Source: Candidatus Eiseniibacteriota bacterium
GTDB taxonomy: Bacteria; Eisenbacteria; RBG-16-71-46; CAVPCR01
Assembly: GCA_963823555.1 (NCBI GenBank)
Contig: CAWGMA010000002.1
Span: forward strand, 576,001 to 640,000
Length of the DNA stretch: 64,000 nucleotides
Direction: 5' to 3'
Of this stretch, positions 1-9,890 are shown piece after piece; positions within the stretch are counted from its first letter, which is position 1, and every line of letters starts with the position of its first letter. The notes below the pieces were generated by a model. It made no database searches. It saw only the letters and a program-made list of their open reading frames with translations, and was not told the origin of the DNA. A program made the position numbers and the translations under genes.

Positions 1-340
1 GAATCAGATAGCGAAACGGCCAGCTGGTCAAGGTCGGCACCATCCGCTGCGGGCGCCGGGTTGCTGCCGCCAACACGGCAATTCTGATCACAGATCCGGT
101 GGCTCGATCGCTCTTCTTGGTGGCGGCGCGTACAGGCACCGAGTCGCGGTGGGGCCGCCACTGGCCGCCCTTGACCGGGGTGGCGCGCTTCCTTAGGGGG
201 GATGCCCAGCACAGCGATCCTGGGCATGAGCCTGGTATCGGCTTCACCTCAGGTGGGGAAACAGCGGCCGCGACTCGCGGGGTCGCTCATGAAGATCACG
301 TAAGGCCCGGTAGTTGGTCTGGGCCAAGGAGGACGCAGGG

Positions 341-1992
341 ATGAACCTCTTGACATCTCAAGGCATGCTCCGCCTGATTATGGCCGTTGCTCTCTTTGCC
401 TCTGTGACGCATGCGGCTTCTGCACAGACATGTCCAAGCACTCCAGTCGTGCCCCTGTGTTCAGGAGATTTCACATGCTCATTCGAGGGCAATTTCTGCG
501 GTGGCACGCCTTCGGGAAGTGCGAGCTTCTGCAGTGGATCAGTCGGACAAGGGGTCTGCATAAGAGGGTGGGCGCATCTACTACGGTGATGCGGATATCT
601 TCACCCTTGTCGATTTCGAGATTGTATTGTATGTGCTGTTTACGCGCCTGCCATCGATTGGCGATCATGGATACGGCATCTTTACGAAATACGCGAACCA
701 CAACCCTGCGGGATCGGAATATGGGCTCTATCTGCATAGAGACCCAGTCCCGGGTTCGCTCCCTCAGTGGCAACTCGTAGGAGATGGAAGCAGTGGAGTG
801 TACTCGGATCCAGCGGTAACACCCATCGTCACGGGTCGCTGGTACTGCGTACAGGCAGTGGTGCGAGGCACGTCTGGTGAGATCTGGGTTGACGGGCAGC
901 TCGTTGGCTCAGGAATGGTGAACCGCAACTTCAACAATACGACGACTCCGGTCGTTGTCGGCAACGCATCGACCGGTCAGAATTACTTCTACGGCATCAT
1001 CGATGAGATTCGGTTCGGGTGTCCTAGCCCGGAAACCGTGGAGTTGCTTGCTTTTGAGGATAGTATCCTCCGTGGGGGCTGGCCGAATCTGAACGAGGGG
1101 GCAAACCCAGGGCTTGTGGTCCGCCAAAACGGAAGCGTGCGGTCGTTGGTGGACTTCGACTTGGGAGCGGTTCCGACCAATGGTTGGACACGGGCATCCC
1201 TGGTCCTCACCATCAACGATGATGTTCCCCCCTCGGAATGGGGGGCTGAGGGGCGGCCTGTCAAGGTGAGCCGCGTGACCCAAGGGTGGACGGAAGGCAA
1301 CGGGAAGAAGATGGATCTCCCTCCGTCCGAACAAGACCGGGGAACAGGTGTGGGCGTGACGTGGAACTGCCCAACTGACGCGGACATTGAGAACCAGGCG
1401 GCGGATTGCGACGACGGCTGGTCTGGGGCGGAGACCGCAATTGCCGCCAGCACGGCTCCTAGCGTGATCATCACCAACGGGATGAGCGGGGTGGTGATCT
1501 GGGATGTGACCCAGGACGTCATTGATGCTCTGTCCGGCGAGGAGTTCCATGGTTGGCTAATCTACAAGCCAACAATCGGTCATGGTAACATCCGTTTCTA
1601 CTCGCGTGAGGGAGCCATGGCGATTGGTGACTCAGAGCCTGGCGCCTCGTTTGATCCTAGATACTCCCGAATTGCTGCTTGGTGATGTTGCCGCAGATCC
1701 TTCGAATGGCGCGTCCCCGTCTGACATTCTGACAAGTCACCCGAATCCGTTCAATCCTGAGGCGACGCTCAAGATCCAACTGGAGACTGATGCGCACGTT
1801 ACCCTGTGCATCTATGATGTACAGGGACGTCTTGTAGCCGACCTGGTTGACCGCAACTTGGCCGCGGGATGGCACACGATCCGCTGGAATGGAAGAGACA
1901 CCTCTGGAATGCAGGTCGGGTCAGGTGTCTACTATGCGCGCATCGAAGTTGGAAACGCACATTACTCGCACAAGCTAATTGCCATTAAGTGA
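341..1992 (+). CDS. Secreted LamG-like / DNRLRE-like / FlgD-Ig C-terminal protein, split by two frameshifts (~565 and ~1640)
   Basis: AGGAGG before ATG 341; signal peptide MNLLTSQGMLRLIMAVALFASVTHAASAQ; LamG-like 'GRWYCVQAVV...IWVDGQLVG...FYGIIDEIRF'; DNRLRE-like 'RSLVDFDL...WDVTQDV...GWLI...FYSRE'; C-terminal 'HPNPFNP...IYDVQGRLV...WNGRD..G..VGSGVYY'. The three ORF pieces join into one coherent protein. Confidence 0.75.
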
Positions 1993-2008
1993 CCGTTTGT
2001 CGATGGGT

Positions 2009-2646
2009 CTAGGTTGAGGTCCTCGGTCCACCGGCTCCGGGCCGCTGCCGGTGGCCGAGGACCTGTGCTGCTGCTATCGCCTCGCCTGCGGGACACGCTC
2101 GGCCCCTGATTCGGGCCGTGTTGGCCGAGTTGACGCTGGCATCGACGTCGTGCCCGGCTTCGGTGACCTCCCGAGCCGTATGAGGTGGGCTTGTAGACGC
2201 CAGTCGCACAGGTCTCGAACTTACCTGAGCAGCCAGCACCCCGGAGGGCTTGAGCGCTTCCACCGCCGTCTCGACCGAGGTCACCCCGCCGACCGGGGGG
2301 ATCGCGGCGACGAACCAGTGGCGCTGTCGTGGCCGCACAGGAACTTGTGCTTCGCCCGGTCGCCGTACTCGATGAGCTGCAGGAGAAGATGTCGGCGCTC
2401 GGGCGCCAGGTCGATGACGCGGAGCTCGGTGACGCGCGGTGGACTGATCCGGAGGAGGAAGTGCTCCCGGCCGCGATCGGAGCGGACATCGAAAGAGGCG
2501 GCGGGGTCGCGCCCCGGCCCCGGCTTCCGACCCACGTCGCGCATGCGGGCAAGGTGCCGGAGGGATGGTGGAGTCTCGGCGACTGCTTCCACCAGGAGAC
2601 GCGCGCCGATCTGCTGGAACTTGCGCGTGATGAGCTCGAGATCCAT
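2009..2646 (-). pseudogene. Conserved-looking hypothetical protein, frameshifted and apparently 3'-truncated
   Basis: MDLELITRKFQQIGARL...RRHLLLQL...KFLCGHD continues after a frame change (~2320) as (E)RHWFVAAIP..GVTSVETAVEALKP; sequence stops looking protein-like below ~2225. Confidence 0.5.
2017..2064. terminator. Long GC-rich hairpin between convergent genes (probable bidirectional terminator)
   Basis: AGGTCCTCGG-T-CCACCGGC...GCCGGTGG-CCGAGGACCT: 18-bp stem with one bulge, about 25 nt after the stop at 1992. Confidence 0.55.
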
Positions 2647-3049
2647 GGCCGATTCCTCTCAACTGCGCCGTTGAATGCAGTCGCCGGTTCTCTCGCGGGT
2701 GATCTGGCATGCATCTGATGAGAGTCGTCGCGGTCGACGATCCTTAATGTTCCGGAGCGCACCATCAGCGCGGCTCGCGCAGCGAGGAATGGTCACGATT
2801 TTCGTCGTTCGCATTAAAAAGATCTTCCTTGAGCTGCTCGTATCGAATAGAATGCTCTTCCCCGGTCCGCCTGCAACGCAACCGTCGATCGAGTCGAGCG
2901 CAGCACGGAACCCGGCCCCCTCGAGCCCGCCCAGTTTGAGGACAGGTCAGTGTGCAGAACCACCACCCATCCACCGCCGCATGGATCCGGGTTCTGCGGC
3001 GGGGAACCGCCACAGGGTCCTGGGACCCTGTAGAAGGAGGGACGAGCCC

Positions 3050-3639
3050 GTGCCGCCATCATCCATTCTGCGGATCGCCTAGCTGATCTTCTGCGTAGCG
3101 GCGATGCCGAGCGCATTGCTCGCGAGTTTCTCCCTGTCGTCCGCCCGATAGTCCGGGCTGTCCTTACATCACAACATCCCGATCTCGTGGATACGGCCAC
3201 TTCCGACGCCGTGATGGCTATCTGTCGGTACGGTCGTAACTTCCGCGGCGAATCGCAGGTCATGACCTGGGTCACGACCATCGCTCGTCGCGCAGCCTGG
3301 AAGTGTGCGCGACGAGAGGCGGTCTACCGTCGCCTGCTGAGTAGACTCGATGATGTTGCCGACTCCTGTCGCACACTCGAGGACAGACGGCCCGTGGGAC
3401 CGACCGCTTGCCTGCGCATGGAGGCGGTCGAGATCCTCGAGGTCGCTGTCCCCAATCCCGTGTGGCGCGAGATCTGGCTTCTGCACAACGACCCCGGGCA
3501 GGGTCTCTCCGCTCGGGAGCTGGCCCAGAGGACCGGCTACAGCGTGGGCACGATCGCCGTCATCCTCTCCAAGGTGAGGCGGCGGATCAGGGAGGAGTCG
3601 AGGCGGCGGGGTGGCATCGGCGCGGTGGCGTCGCGCTGA
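3050..3639 (+). CDS. Sigma-70 family (ECF-like) RNA polymerase sigma factor
   Basis: Region-2-like 'AREFLPVVRPIVRAVL...DAVMAICRYGRNFRGESQVMTWVTTIARRAA'; region-4 HTH 'GLSARELAQRTGYSVGTIAVILSKVRRRIRE'. RBS AAGGAGG precedes GTG 3050, which is one frame off the main ORF (probable indel); the frame is open from ~3034. Confidence 0.7.
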
Positions 3640-3779
3640 GGTCACGCTCCGTTGACTCGAGGCGATACACAGCCCTGGTGGGGTGTGCGATGGAAATTCT
3701 GAGGTTTCTCCCATGGCGACGGCGTGGATCCGCGGCGCGGGGGCAGCGCGGGTCGCGCTCGCATGGCAGGCGTGGGTCC

Positions 3780-5549
3780 ATGCGGGAGTTCGTTCTCGAC
3801 TCCTTCGTCGATCGCGATCTCACATCCCTGGCGCGCGCCGGGAAGCTCGATCCCACCTTCTTCCGGGATGAGCTTGCGCGTTCCATCCTGGCCACGCTGG
3901 ATCTGAAGACCAGGATCCCGCTCCTGGTTGGCGAGCACGGCGTCGGCAAGACCCGGATCATCGAGCACGTGGCCCGCATGGCTGCTCTGGATCCGGGGTT
4001 CGGGGGGAGCTTCGGCCGGGCCCGCTTTCTTCTCGTCCATCCAGACTGGGATGTGCGGCATGCGGTGATGGCCGGCAGCCTGGAGGCGGCGCGGGAGAAG
4101 TTCGTGCAGCTGGTCGGCCAGGAATCCCGGACCAGCCGGCCCGTCGTCTGCTTTCCAGTCCTGGACCCGGGCGACGTGCCCTCCATGGGCAGACTCCAGG
4201 AGCTGGGGATTGATGTCATCGTCGAGAGCCTCCCCGATTCCCTGCGTCTGACCTTCGGGCTCTATCCCAAGCTGCAGTCTCACTTCAATGTCGTTGCGGT
4301 GGACGAGCCCGGTATTCCAGAGACACGGGGCATTCTCGAAGCGATGGCGCGTTCCAGGGGCTGGGAGGTGGATGGCTCGGTCATGGATGCCGCTCTCAGC
4401 GTGACCGGTCGCTTCGGACACGGGGAGCGGGACCCGGTTCGATCGTCCCGCCTGCTCGAGGCCGCGGTCACGCGGCACCTTGCCCGGGTCGGCAACGGGC
4501 CGCTCTCGCCGGACGATGTGTACGCCGATTTCGCCGAGGGGGCGGGGCTGCCGTTGACCCTCGTCAGCGATCGGATCCCCCTGACGAAGGAGCAGGTCCT
4601 CGCACAGCTGCGGACCGAGGTCATCGGGCAGCACGACGTCGTCGAGCGCATGGCCGACACGCTCCTCCGCCTGAAGGCCGGGACCGCCGACCCCGATCGG
4701 CCGCTCGGTGCCTTTCTCTTCGCCGGGCCGACGGGAGTCGGCAAGACCCAGCTTGCCCGGGCTCTGGCGCGATTGCTCAGCACGCGCGGTCCCGAGGATG
4801 CCCTGGTCCGCATCAACGTGGGCGAGGTGCTCAAGGATCGCGAGAAGAACCGGGACATCCTCTTCGGGGCGCGGGGGCACGATGCCGCGCCCATCCAGTA
4901 CGGGCTCCTGAGCTGGTGCCTCCGCGGGCGAGCGGTCGCGGTCCTCCTCCTCGACGAGATGGACAAGGGGGACGGCGAGGTCCACGAGCTCCTCTTCCAG
5001 CTCTTCGATGAGGGCCGGTTCGTCGATGGAGCCGGACAGACGGTGCGGTTGCAGAGCGTCGTCATCATCGCCACGACCACGGTCGGTGCGGAGGTCTTCC
5101 AGGGGACGCCACCCGGATACCGGACGGAGACCGAGACGGGCCATCTCCTGAAGGAGATGGAGTGCAGCGTCATCAACCGCTACGGGGTCGAGTTCGTGAA
5201 CCGGCTCGATGCCATCTGCCTCTTCCGGCCCTTCACGGCTCTTGATCTCGACTCCATGGTCCGGCTTCGCGCCGAGCAGGCCCTGACCCGCTTCGGCGTG
5301 GTCGGGAGAGGGCTCGAGGTGAAGCTCGAGCCCGACGCGGTGGAGCTCGTGGCCCGGCGGGGCATGAGCTGGCGTTTCGGCGCGCGGCATCTCGAGCGCG
5401 CGGTGGAGGAGCTCGTGGTCGCCCCGGTCACGCGAGCCATCGCCGCCGGCGGCGTCGGGGTCGGGGATGAGATGGTCCTCCGCGTGGCCGACGGAGGGCG
5501 GGAGCTCGCTGCTCACCGGAGCGGCATGACCACGGCCGGAGCGGCATGA
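3780..5549 (+). CDS. Divergent ClpA/ClpB-like double AAA+ ATPase lacking the Clp N-domain
   Basis: 'DRDLTSLARAGKLDP', Walker A GEHGVGKT; second module 'VIGQHDVV...DPDRPLGAFLFAGPTGVGKTQLARALA', Walker B 'VLLLDEMDK', 'EFVNRLD', 'FGARHLERAVE'. Alternative start ATG 3690. Confidence 0.8.
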   Translation: MREFVLDSFVDRDLTSLARAGKLDPTFFRDELARSILATLDLKTRIPLLVGEHGVGKTRIIEHVARMAALDPGFGGSFGRARFLLVHPDWDVRHAVMAGSLEAAREKFVQLVGQESRTSRPVVCFPVLDPGDVPSMGRLQELGIDVIVESLPDSLRLTFGLYPKLQSHFNVVAVDEPGIPETRGILEAMARSRGWEVDGSVMDAALSVTGRFGHGERDPVRSSRLLEAAVTRHLARVGNGPLSPDDVYADFAEGAGLPLTLVSDRIPLTKEQVLAQLRTEVIGQHDVVERMADTLLRLKAGTADPDRPLGAFLFAGPTGVGKTQLARALARLLSTRGPEDALVRINVGEVLKDREKNRDILFGARGHDAAPIQYGLLSWCLRGRAVAVLLLDEMDKGDGEVHELLFQLFDEGRFVDGAGQTVRLQSVVIIATTTVGAEVFQGTPPGYRTETETGHLLKEMECSVINRYGVEFVNRLDAICLFRPFTALDLDSMVRLRAEQALTRFGVVGRGLEVKLEPDAVELVARRGMSWRFGARHLERAVEELVVAPVTRAIAAGGVGVGDEMVLRVADGGRELAAHRSGMTTAGAA

Positions 5550-5556
5550 GGACACC

Positions 5557-6882
5557 ATGGCAGAACCCTTCATCGCGCCGCGTCCCGGCACCGCCTTCGA
5601 GGAGCAGAGGGGCAAGCTCCTCCTGTTCGAACGTGATGCCATCTCGGTGATGGTCGGATGGCCGGAGCCGGGGGCGTGGACGAAGACCCGAGATCACCCC
5701 GTCTGGCGGCGCTACCGCCCGGATATCCGCCTCCCGGCCAACGATCTGGACGGGAGGATCGCGACGCTCTCGCTGGCGCTCGATGAGGGCGGGCAGTTGC
5801 TGCTCGGTCCTTGCTTCGTGCGCCCGCTGGGCCTTGCGCACCGACGGGAGCTCCTCTGGCTCCGGTGGTGCGCGACGATCCCGGAGGAGTCGAGGAGCGT
5901 GATCGCCCCCTTCCCGTCCCGGCACTGGCATCTGCTCTCCTTCGTCGCCCGCTGCGGTCCGGCGGCCATGGATCTCGTGCTCACCAACCCTGCGCTGGCC
6001 TATGCCCTCGCCTCGAACTGGGTCTACCATGTGCCCCGGGTCAGGCAGCCGCTACGTTCGGCACGGGCGCTCCTCAAGTCCGGGAAGAAGCAGCGGGACA
6101 TCCTCGCATGGCTCGGCTTCCCCGCCACCGAAGCCGCCCGCAGGGTCCTGGCCAAGGTCGTCCGCAGGTCGATCAGCATCACCGGCCTTCTCTACCTGCG
6201 GCAGAGCATGGCCTTTCCCCGGATCATGAAGATCCTGTCCCACTTGCCGCGGATCAACACGGGAGCGATCAGGATCGCAACCGATCCCGAGCTCCTGCCC
6301 CTCGCGACACCGAGCCTTCTCGCCGAGATCGCCCTGTCTCGCATCGAGGACCGTTCTCCCGAGGCCTCCCATCTCCTCCGCGACTCCCTCGAGATGCTCC
6401 GCGCCGTCCGCGGGCCCGCGCCCCGGTTCCCGCCGCTCCGCGGGCTGGGCGATCTCTTCGCTCTCCACGAGACGCTCATCCTCGAGATGACCCGGATCGA
6501 GCGCTCCGCCGGACCTCTCCAGGTGTTCCCGCCGCCGCCGGTGCCCGGGACCGAGAAGATCATCCCGATCACGACATCCGACGAGTTGCTCGAGGAGGGA
6601 CGGATCCAGAAGAACTGCGTCGGCTCCTATGCGGCGCGGATCGCCATGCGGCGACAGCTCTATGTCTATCGCGTCCTTCTCGCGCAGCGCTGCACGCTGT
6701 CGCTCGCCCGGGCCGGCAATCGCTGGGTTCTCGCGGAGCTGGCCCAGGCCGGCAACGCCAAGCCCTCCCGGGAGACGCGGCAGGCCGTCGAGAAGTGGCT
6801 TGCGGCCGCGAGCCCCCGCCCGAAGGCCGAGGTGGTGGGTCTCGACGGCCCCCGCTTGCGGCTCACGGCGTCCGTACCCTAG
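5557..6882 (+). CDS. PcfJ-like domain-containing protein
   Basis: C-terminal 'IIPITTSDELLEEGRIQKNCVGSYAARI...CTLSL...WVLAELAQAGNAKPS' matches the PcfJ signature (L..EG..M/Q.N/HCV.SY). Confidence 0.75.
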   Translation: MAEPFIAPRPGTAFEEQRGKLLLFERDAISVMVGWPEPGAWTKTRDHPVWRRYRPDIRLPANDLDGRIATLSLALDEGGQLLLGPCFVRPLGLAHRRELLWLRWCATIPEESRSVIAPFPSRHWHLLSFVARCGPAAMDLVLTNPALAYALASNWVYHVPRVRQPLRSARALLKSGKKQRDILAWLGFPATEAARRVLAKVVRRSISITGLLYLRQSMAFPRIMKILSHLPRINTGAIRIATDPELLPLATPSLLAEIALSRIEDRSPEASHLLRDSLEMLRAVRGPAPRFPPLRGLGDLFALHETLILEMTRIERSAGPLQVFPPPPVPGTEKIIPITTSDELLEEGRIQKNCVGSYAARIAMRRQLYVYRVLLAQRCTLSLARAGNRWVLAELAQAGNAKPSRETRQAVEKWLAAASPRPKAEVVGLDGPRLRLTASVP

Positions 6883-6940
6883 TCTCTGGCGGCGTTGGCC
6901 TTCATCTGGAAGTGCCCTGCATCCACCCCGAAAGGAGCCG

Positions 6941-7867
6941 ATGCCCGCCAGGTCCGCCGCCCCCACCATCGCGGTCGTGATGCCGGCCTACAACGCCGCC
7001 GCCACGATCCATGAAGCCATCCGGAGCGCCCTCGATCAGACCGTGGCTCCGCTCGAGGTCATCGTCATCGACGACGGGTCGACCGATGACACCGCGACCC
7101 TGATCAGGAGTTTCGGGGATCCGGTGCGGTACTTCCGGACGCCGCAGGGCGGCCCGGCGCGCGCCCGCAACCTCGGGGTCCGGGAGGCGAGAGGCACGCA
7201 CATCGCCTTCCTCGACGCCGACGATGTGTGGCTCCCGACCAAGCTCGCGCGACAGCTGGAGCTCCTCCGGGAAGCGCCGGATCTCGTCCTCGTCTACTCC
7301 GGCGTGTCCTTGATCGACGAGGCCGGCACCGTCTTTCGCACCGTCGCCTCGACCCGGGCCTGCTCCGGGCGCCATGCCGCCGATGTCCTCCGCATCAAGA
7401 ACTGCATCCAGGTCTCGACCGTGGTGGCCCCGCGGAGCGAGCTCATGGCCGCCGGGCTCTTCGATCCCGATCTCCCCTCCTGCGAGAACTGGGACCTGTG
7501 GATCCGGCTGGCCGCGCGGGGGGAGGTGGGGTACGTGGACACGCCTCTCGTCCACTACCGGATGCGCGAGGGGAGCAGGATCCGCGATGTGGACACCATG
7601 CGGGCGGCGCGGCTCGAGGTCCTGTCCCGCAATCACGGGGAGCACCGCGGCCCCCTGTGGCGGCGGGCGCTCGCGCTCGCCTACCTCGACTCGGGTATCG
7701 GCTACCTCGAGATGGGACGGAGGCAGTCGGCGGCGGCCGATCTACTGCATTCGCTGTGGATCCGCCCCGCGACCGAGCCGGTGATCGAGCTCGTGCGGCT
7801 GGTCACGCCGCCTGCGGCGCGCCGCATGCTCGGCCGGGCGCGGCGCCGTCTTCAGGGGACGGGCTGA
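6941..7867 (+). CDS. Glycosyltransferase family 2
   Basis: 'VVMPAYNA...VIVIDDGSTD...ARARNLG...IAFLDADDVW...ENWDLWIRL'; RBS AAGGAG before ATG 6941. Confidence 0.92.
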   Translation: MPARSAAPTIAVVMPAYNAAATIHEAIRSALDQTVAPLEVIVIDDGSTDDTATLIRSFGDPVRYFRTPQGGPARARNLGVREARGTHIAFLDADDVWLPTKLARQLELLREAPDLVLVYSGVSLIDEAGTVFRTVASTRACSGRHAADVLRIKNCIQVSTVVAPRSELMAAGLFDPDLPSCENWDLWIRLAARGEVGYVDTPLVHYRMREGSRIRDVDTMRAARLEVLSRNHGEHRGPLWRRALALAYLDSGIGYLEMGRRQSAAADLLHSLWIRPATEPVIELVRLVTPPAARRMLGRARRRLQGTG

Positions 7868-7896
7868 CCAAGTCAGGACGAGGACACTCTCGCCCG

Positions 7897-8046
7897 GCGG
7901 TTGTTTCCGCTGAAACATGGCAAGCGGTTGTTTCCGCTGAAACAAGGCGGGCGGGTGTTTCCGCTGAAACAAGGCAAGCGATTGTTTCCGCTGAAACAAG
8001 GCAAGCGATTGTTTCCGCTGAAACAAGGCGGGCGGGTGTTTCCGCT
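7897..8046. repeat. Tandem array, 27-bp period, about 5.5 copies of palindromic core TGTTTCCGCTGAAACA
   Basis: Cores at 7902, 7929, 7956, 7983, 8010 and a partial copy at 8037; 11-bp linkers TGGCAAGCGGT, AGGCGGGCGGG, AGGCAAGCGAT, AGGCAAGCGAT, AGGCGGGCGGG. Confidence 0.95.
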
Positions 8047-9700
8047 ACCTGAGCCGCACGAGCGGCGACCGCGCCACGCCACGCAGGGCGCCCGCGGCGG
8101 CGCCACGCTCGGCGCGCTCGGCCCGGATCTCCGCCCAGTAGACGCCCGAGGCCACGTCACTCCCGCTCGCATCGCGTCCATCCCAGCGGAGCCGGTGCTC
8201 CTGGGCGCTCTTCTCCTCGCCGGCCAGCATCTCCCGTACCGTGCGTCCCTGCGCGTCGACGATGCGGAGCCAGACCCGGCCCGCCGCCTCGAGCGTGAAG
8301 GCGATCTCGGTCGAGGAGCTGAAGGGGGTCGGCGTGGCCGGGGCGAGCGCGACCAGCGCCGGCGGAGCCACCGGCGCGTCGCTGTCGGCGATGGCGCTCA
8401 GCTCGGGCTGGAGCAGGAAGTCGATGATCGCGTTCTCCCCCGATGAGAGGACAACACCCGTCATCGTCACCGGCAGGTAACCCTCCTTCTCCGCGCGCAG
8501 GTCGTAGCTTCCCGGGAGGAGGTTGGGGAGGGCGTAGAGCCCGTCGGACCCGGTGACGAAGGGCGGGTAGGCGGTGCCGAGGAGCGTCACCGTCGCTCCC
8601 GAATCGTCGCTCGTGCCGGCCAGATCGATGTGTCCGCCGAGCGAAGCCGGGGTGAAGGCCGGCACCGCGAGCTCGAGGGCGGCGGTGCCGTTGGCGGCGG
8701 CGATCCGGCGGAAGAAGCTGGCCGTCAGGTTGGACGGGGTGTCGCACGAGCGGTGGTAGCAGGGGTAGCTATCCCACTCGTTCTCGATCGAGAGCATGGC
8801 CGGGAAGCCATGGTCGTGGAAGGACTCGTGATCGCTGCCCCAGCCGTTCCCCGGATAGACGTAGACGCTCAGGCCGCCATAGGTCTCGGCGTGCTGGCGG
8901 ACGAGATCGACGAGCCACATCGAGTTGGTGCCGGTGGTGAAGCCCTCGAGCCAGAGATCGGCCCCACCGGCTCCGTAATAGCCCACCATGTCCATGATGA
9001 TGACGCCGGCGATGTTCCAGTTCTGGGCGTCGGCCTGGGCGGCATAGGCCTCGCTCCCGATGAGCCCCTGCTCCTCTCCCCCGAAGAGGACGAAGTGGAC
9101 GGTGCGCTCGGTATCGACTCCGGCGAGGAGCCGCGCCGCCTCGTAGACCGCTGCCGATCCTGTGCCGTTGTCCTCGGCGCCGGGGGCATTGGTCTGCGGC
9201 GTCTGCGACGTGCAATCGAGATGCGCGCCGATGATCACGATCTCGTCCGGTCGGACCGTGCCGAGCTTGACCCCGACCACGTTCTGCCGCGTCCCGCCAC
9301 AGCACGTGAAGTCGTGCAGGTAGACCTGATCGAGTCCGAGCGCGGCGAGGCGATCGCGCATCATGGCGGCGGCGGCGGCATAGTTGGCGTTCGATGTGTA
9401 CCGCGTGGGATAGCTCGAGAGCAGCGTCACGTTCGCCATCAGGCTGTCTGCCGAGAAGGCTCCGGCGAGGCTCTCCATCTGCGGCACGAGGCGCAGCGCG
9501 GTCTGGCCGCCCGGGCCGGCCGTGGCGAGGCGCTCGCCGCCGAGTATGGCGAGCGCCTCGGCCGGGGCGCTCGCGAGCTTGTCGCCACGCTCCTCGGCCG
9601 GTGGCTCCGCGATCAGGCGGGCGGGGGCGATGAAGAGAGCAGCACAGGCAAGGGCGCCAAGAAGGACACGCGGGAGCGTGGCTCGGGCAGCACGGAGCAT
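8045..9700 (-). CDS. Secreted M28 family metallopeptidase with carboxypeptidase-regulatory-like and FlgD-Ig domains
   Basis: Signal peptide; 'IGAHLD', 'GAEDNGTG', 'GEEQGLIGS', 'SDH', 'YH' zinc motifs; C-terminal 'TPTPFS...WDGRDASGSDVASGVYW'; AGGAG upstream of ATG 9700. Confidence 0.9.
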   Translation of the reverse strand: MLRAARATLPRVLLGALACAALFIAPARLIAEPPAEERGDKLASAPAEALAILGGERLATAGPGGQTALRLVPQMESLAGAFSADSLMANVTLLSSYPTRYTSNANYAAAAAMMRDRLAALGLDQVYLHDFTCCGGTRQNVVGVKLGTVRPDEIVIIGAHLDCTSQTPQTNAPGAEDNGTGSAAVYEAARLLAGVDTERTVHFVLFGGEEQGLIGSEAYAAQADAQNWNIAGVIIMDMVGYYGAGGADLWLEGFTTGTNSMWLVDLVRQHAETYGGLSVYVYPGNGWGSDHESFHDHGFPAMLSIENEWDSYPCYHRSCDTPSNLTASFFRRIAAANGTAALELAVPAFTPASLGGHIDLAGTSDDSGATVTLLGTAYPPFVTGSDGLYALPNLLPGSYDLRAEKEGYLPVTMTGVVLSSGENAIIDFLLQPELSAIADSDAPVAPPALVALAPATPTPFSSSTEIAFTLEAAGRVWLRIVDAQGRTVREMLAGEEKSAQEHRLRWDGRDASGSDVASGVYWAEIRAERAERGAAAGALRGVARSPLVRLR

Positions 9701-9835
9701 TGAGGCTTCTCCTGGTAGGAGAGGGGTGGGCTGCGGCAGGCTCACAAGGGGGACACTATATAAATGATGCCAGGAAGCCCGTCCAGCCGTCAAGATCGCG
9801 GTTGCCGGGGCCGGCGAAGAGCATCTGCGGGATGG

Positions 9836-9844
9836 TGTTAAGAT
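9836..9844 (+). promoter_or_regulatory. Putative extended -10 promoter
   Basis: TGtTAAGAT about 46 nt upstream of ATG 9891. Confidence 0.4.
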
Positions 9845-9890
9845 GGTGCCGGCTCGCGTGATAAGCCCCGGGCACGCGCTGGAGGTGGCC

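Noticed and set aside
200..340. Riboswitch upstream of the first gene
   Set aside because: Only one hairpin (ATGCCCAG/CTGGGCAT, 202-227) and no recognisable aptamer consensus
3780..5549. Canonical clpB, clpA or clpV
   Set aside because: Missing N-domain, coiled coil, first Walker B and pore-loop motifs; no T6SS genes nearby
7897..8046. CRISPR array
   Set aside because: Repeat is only 16 bp, linkers are 11 bp and duplicated, and there are no cas genes in the window
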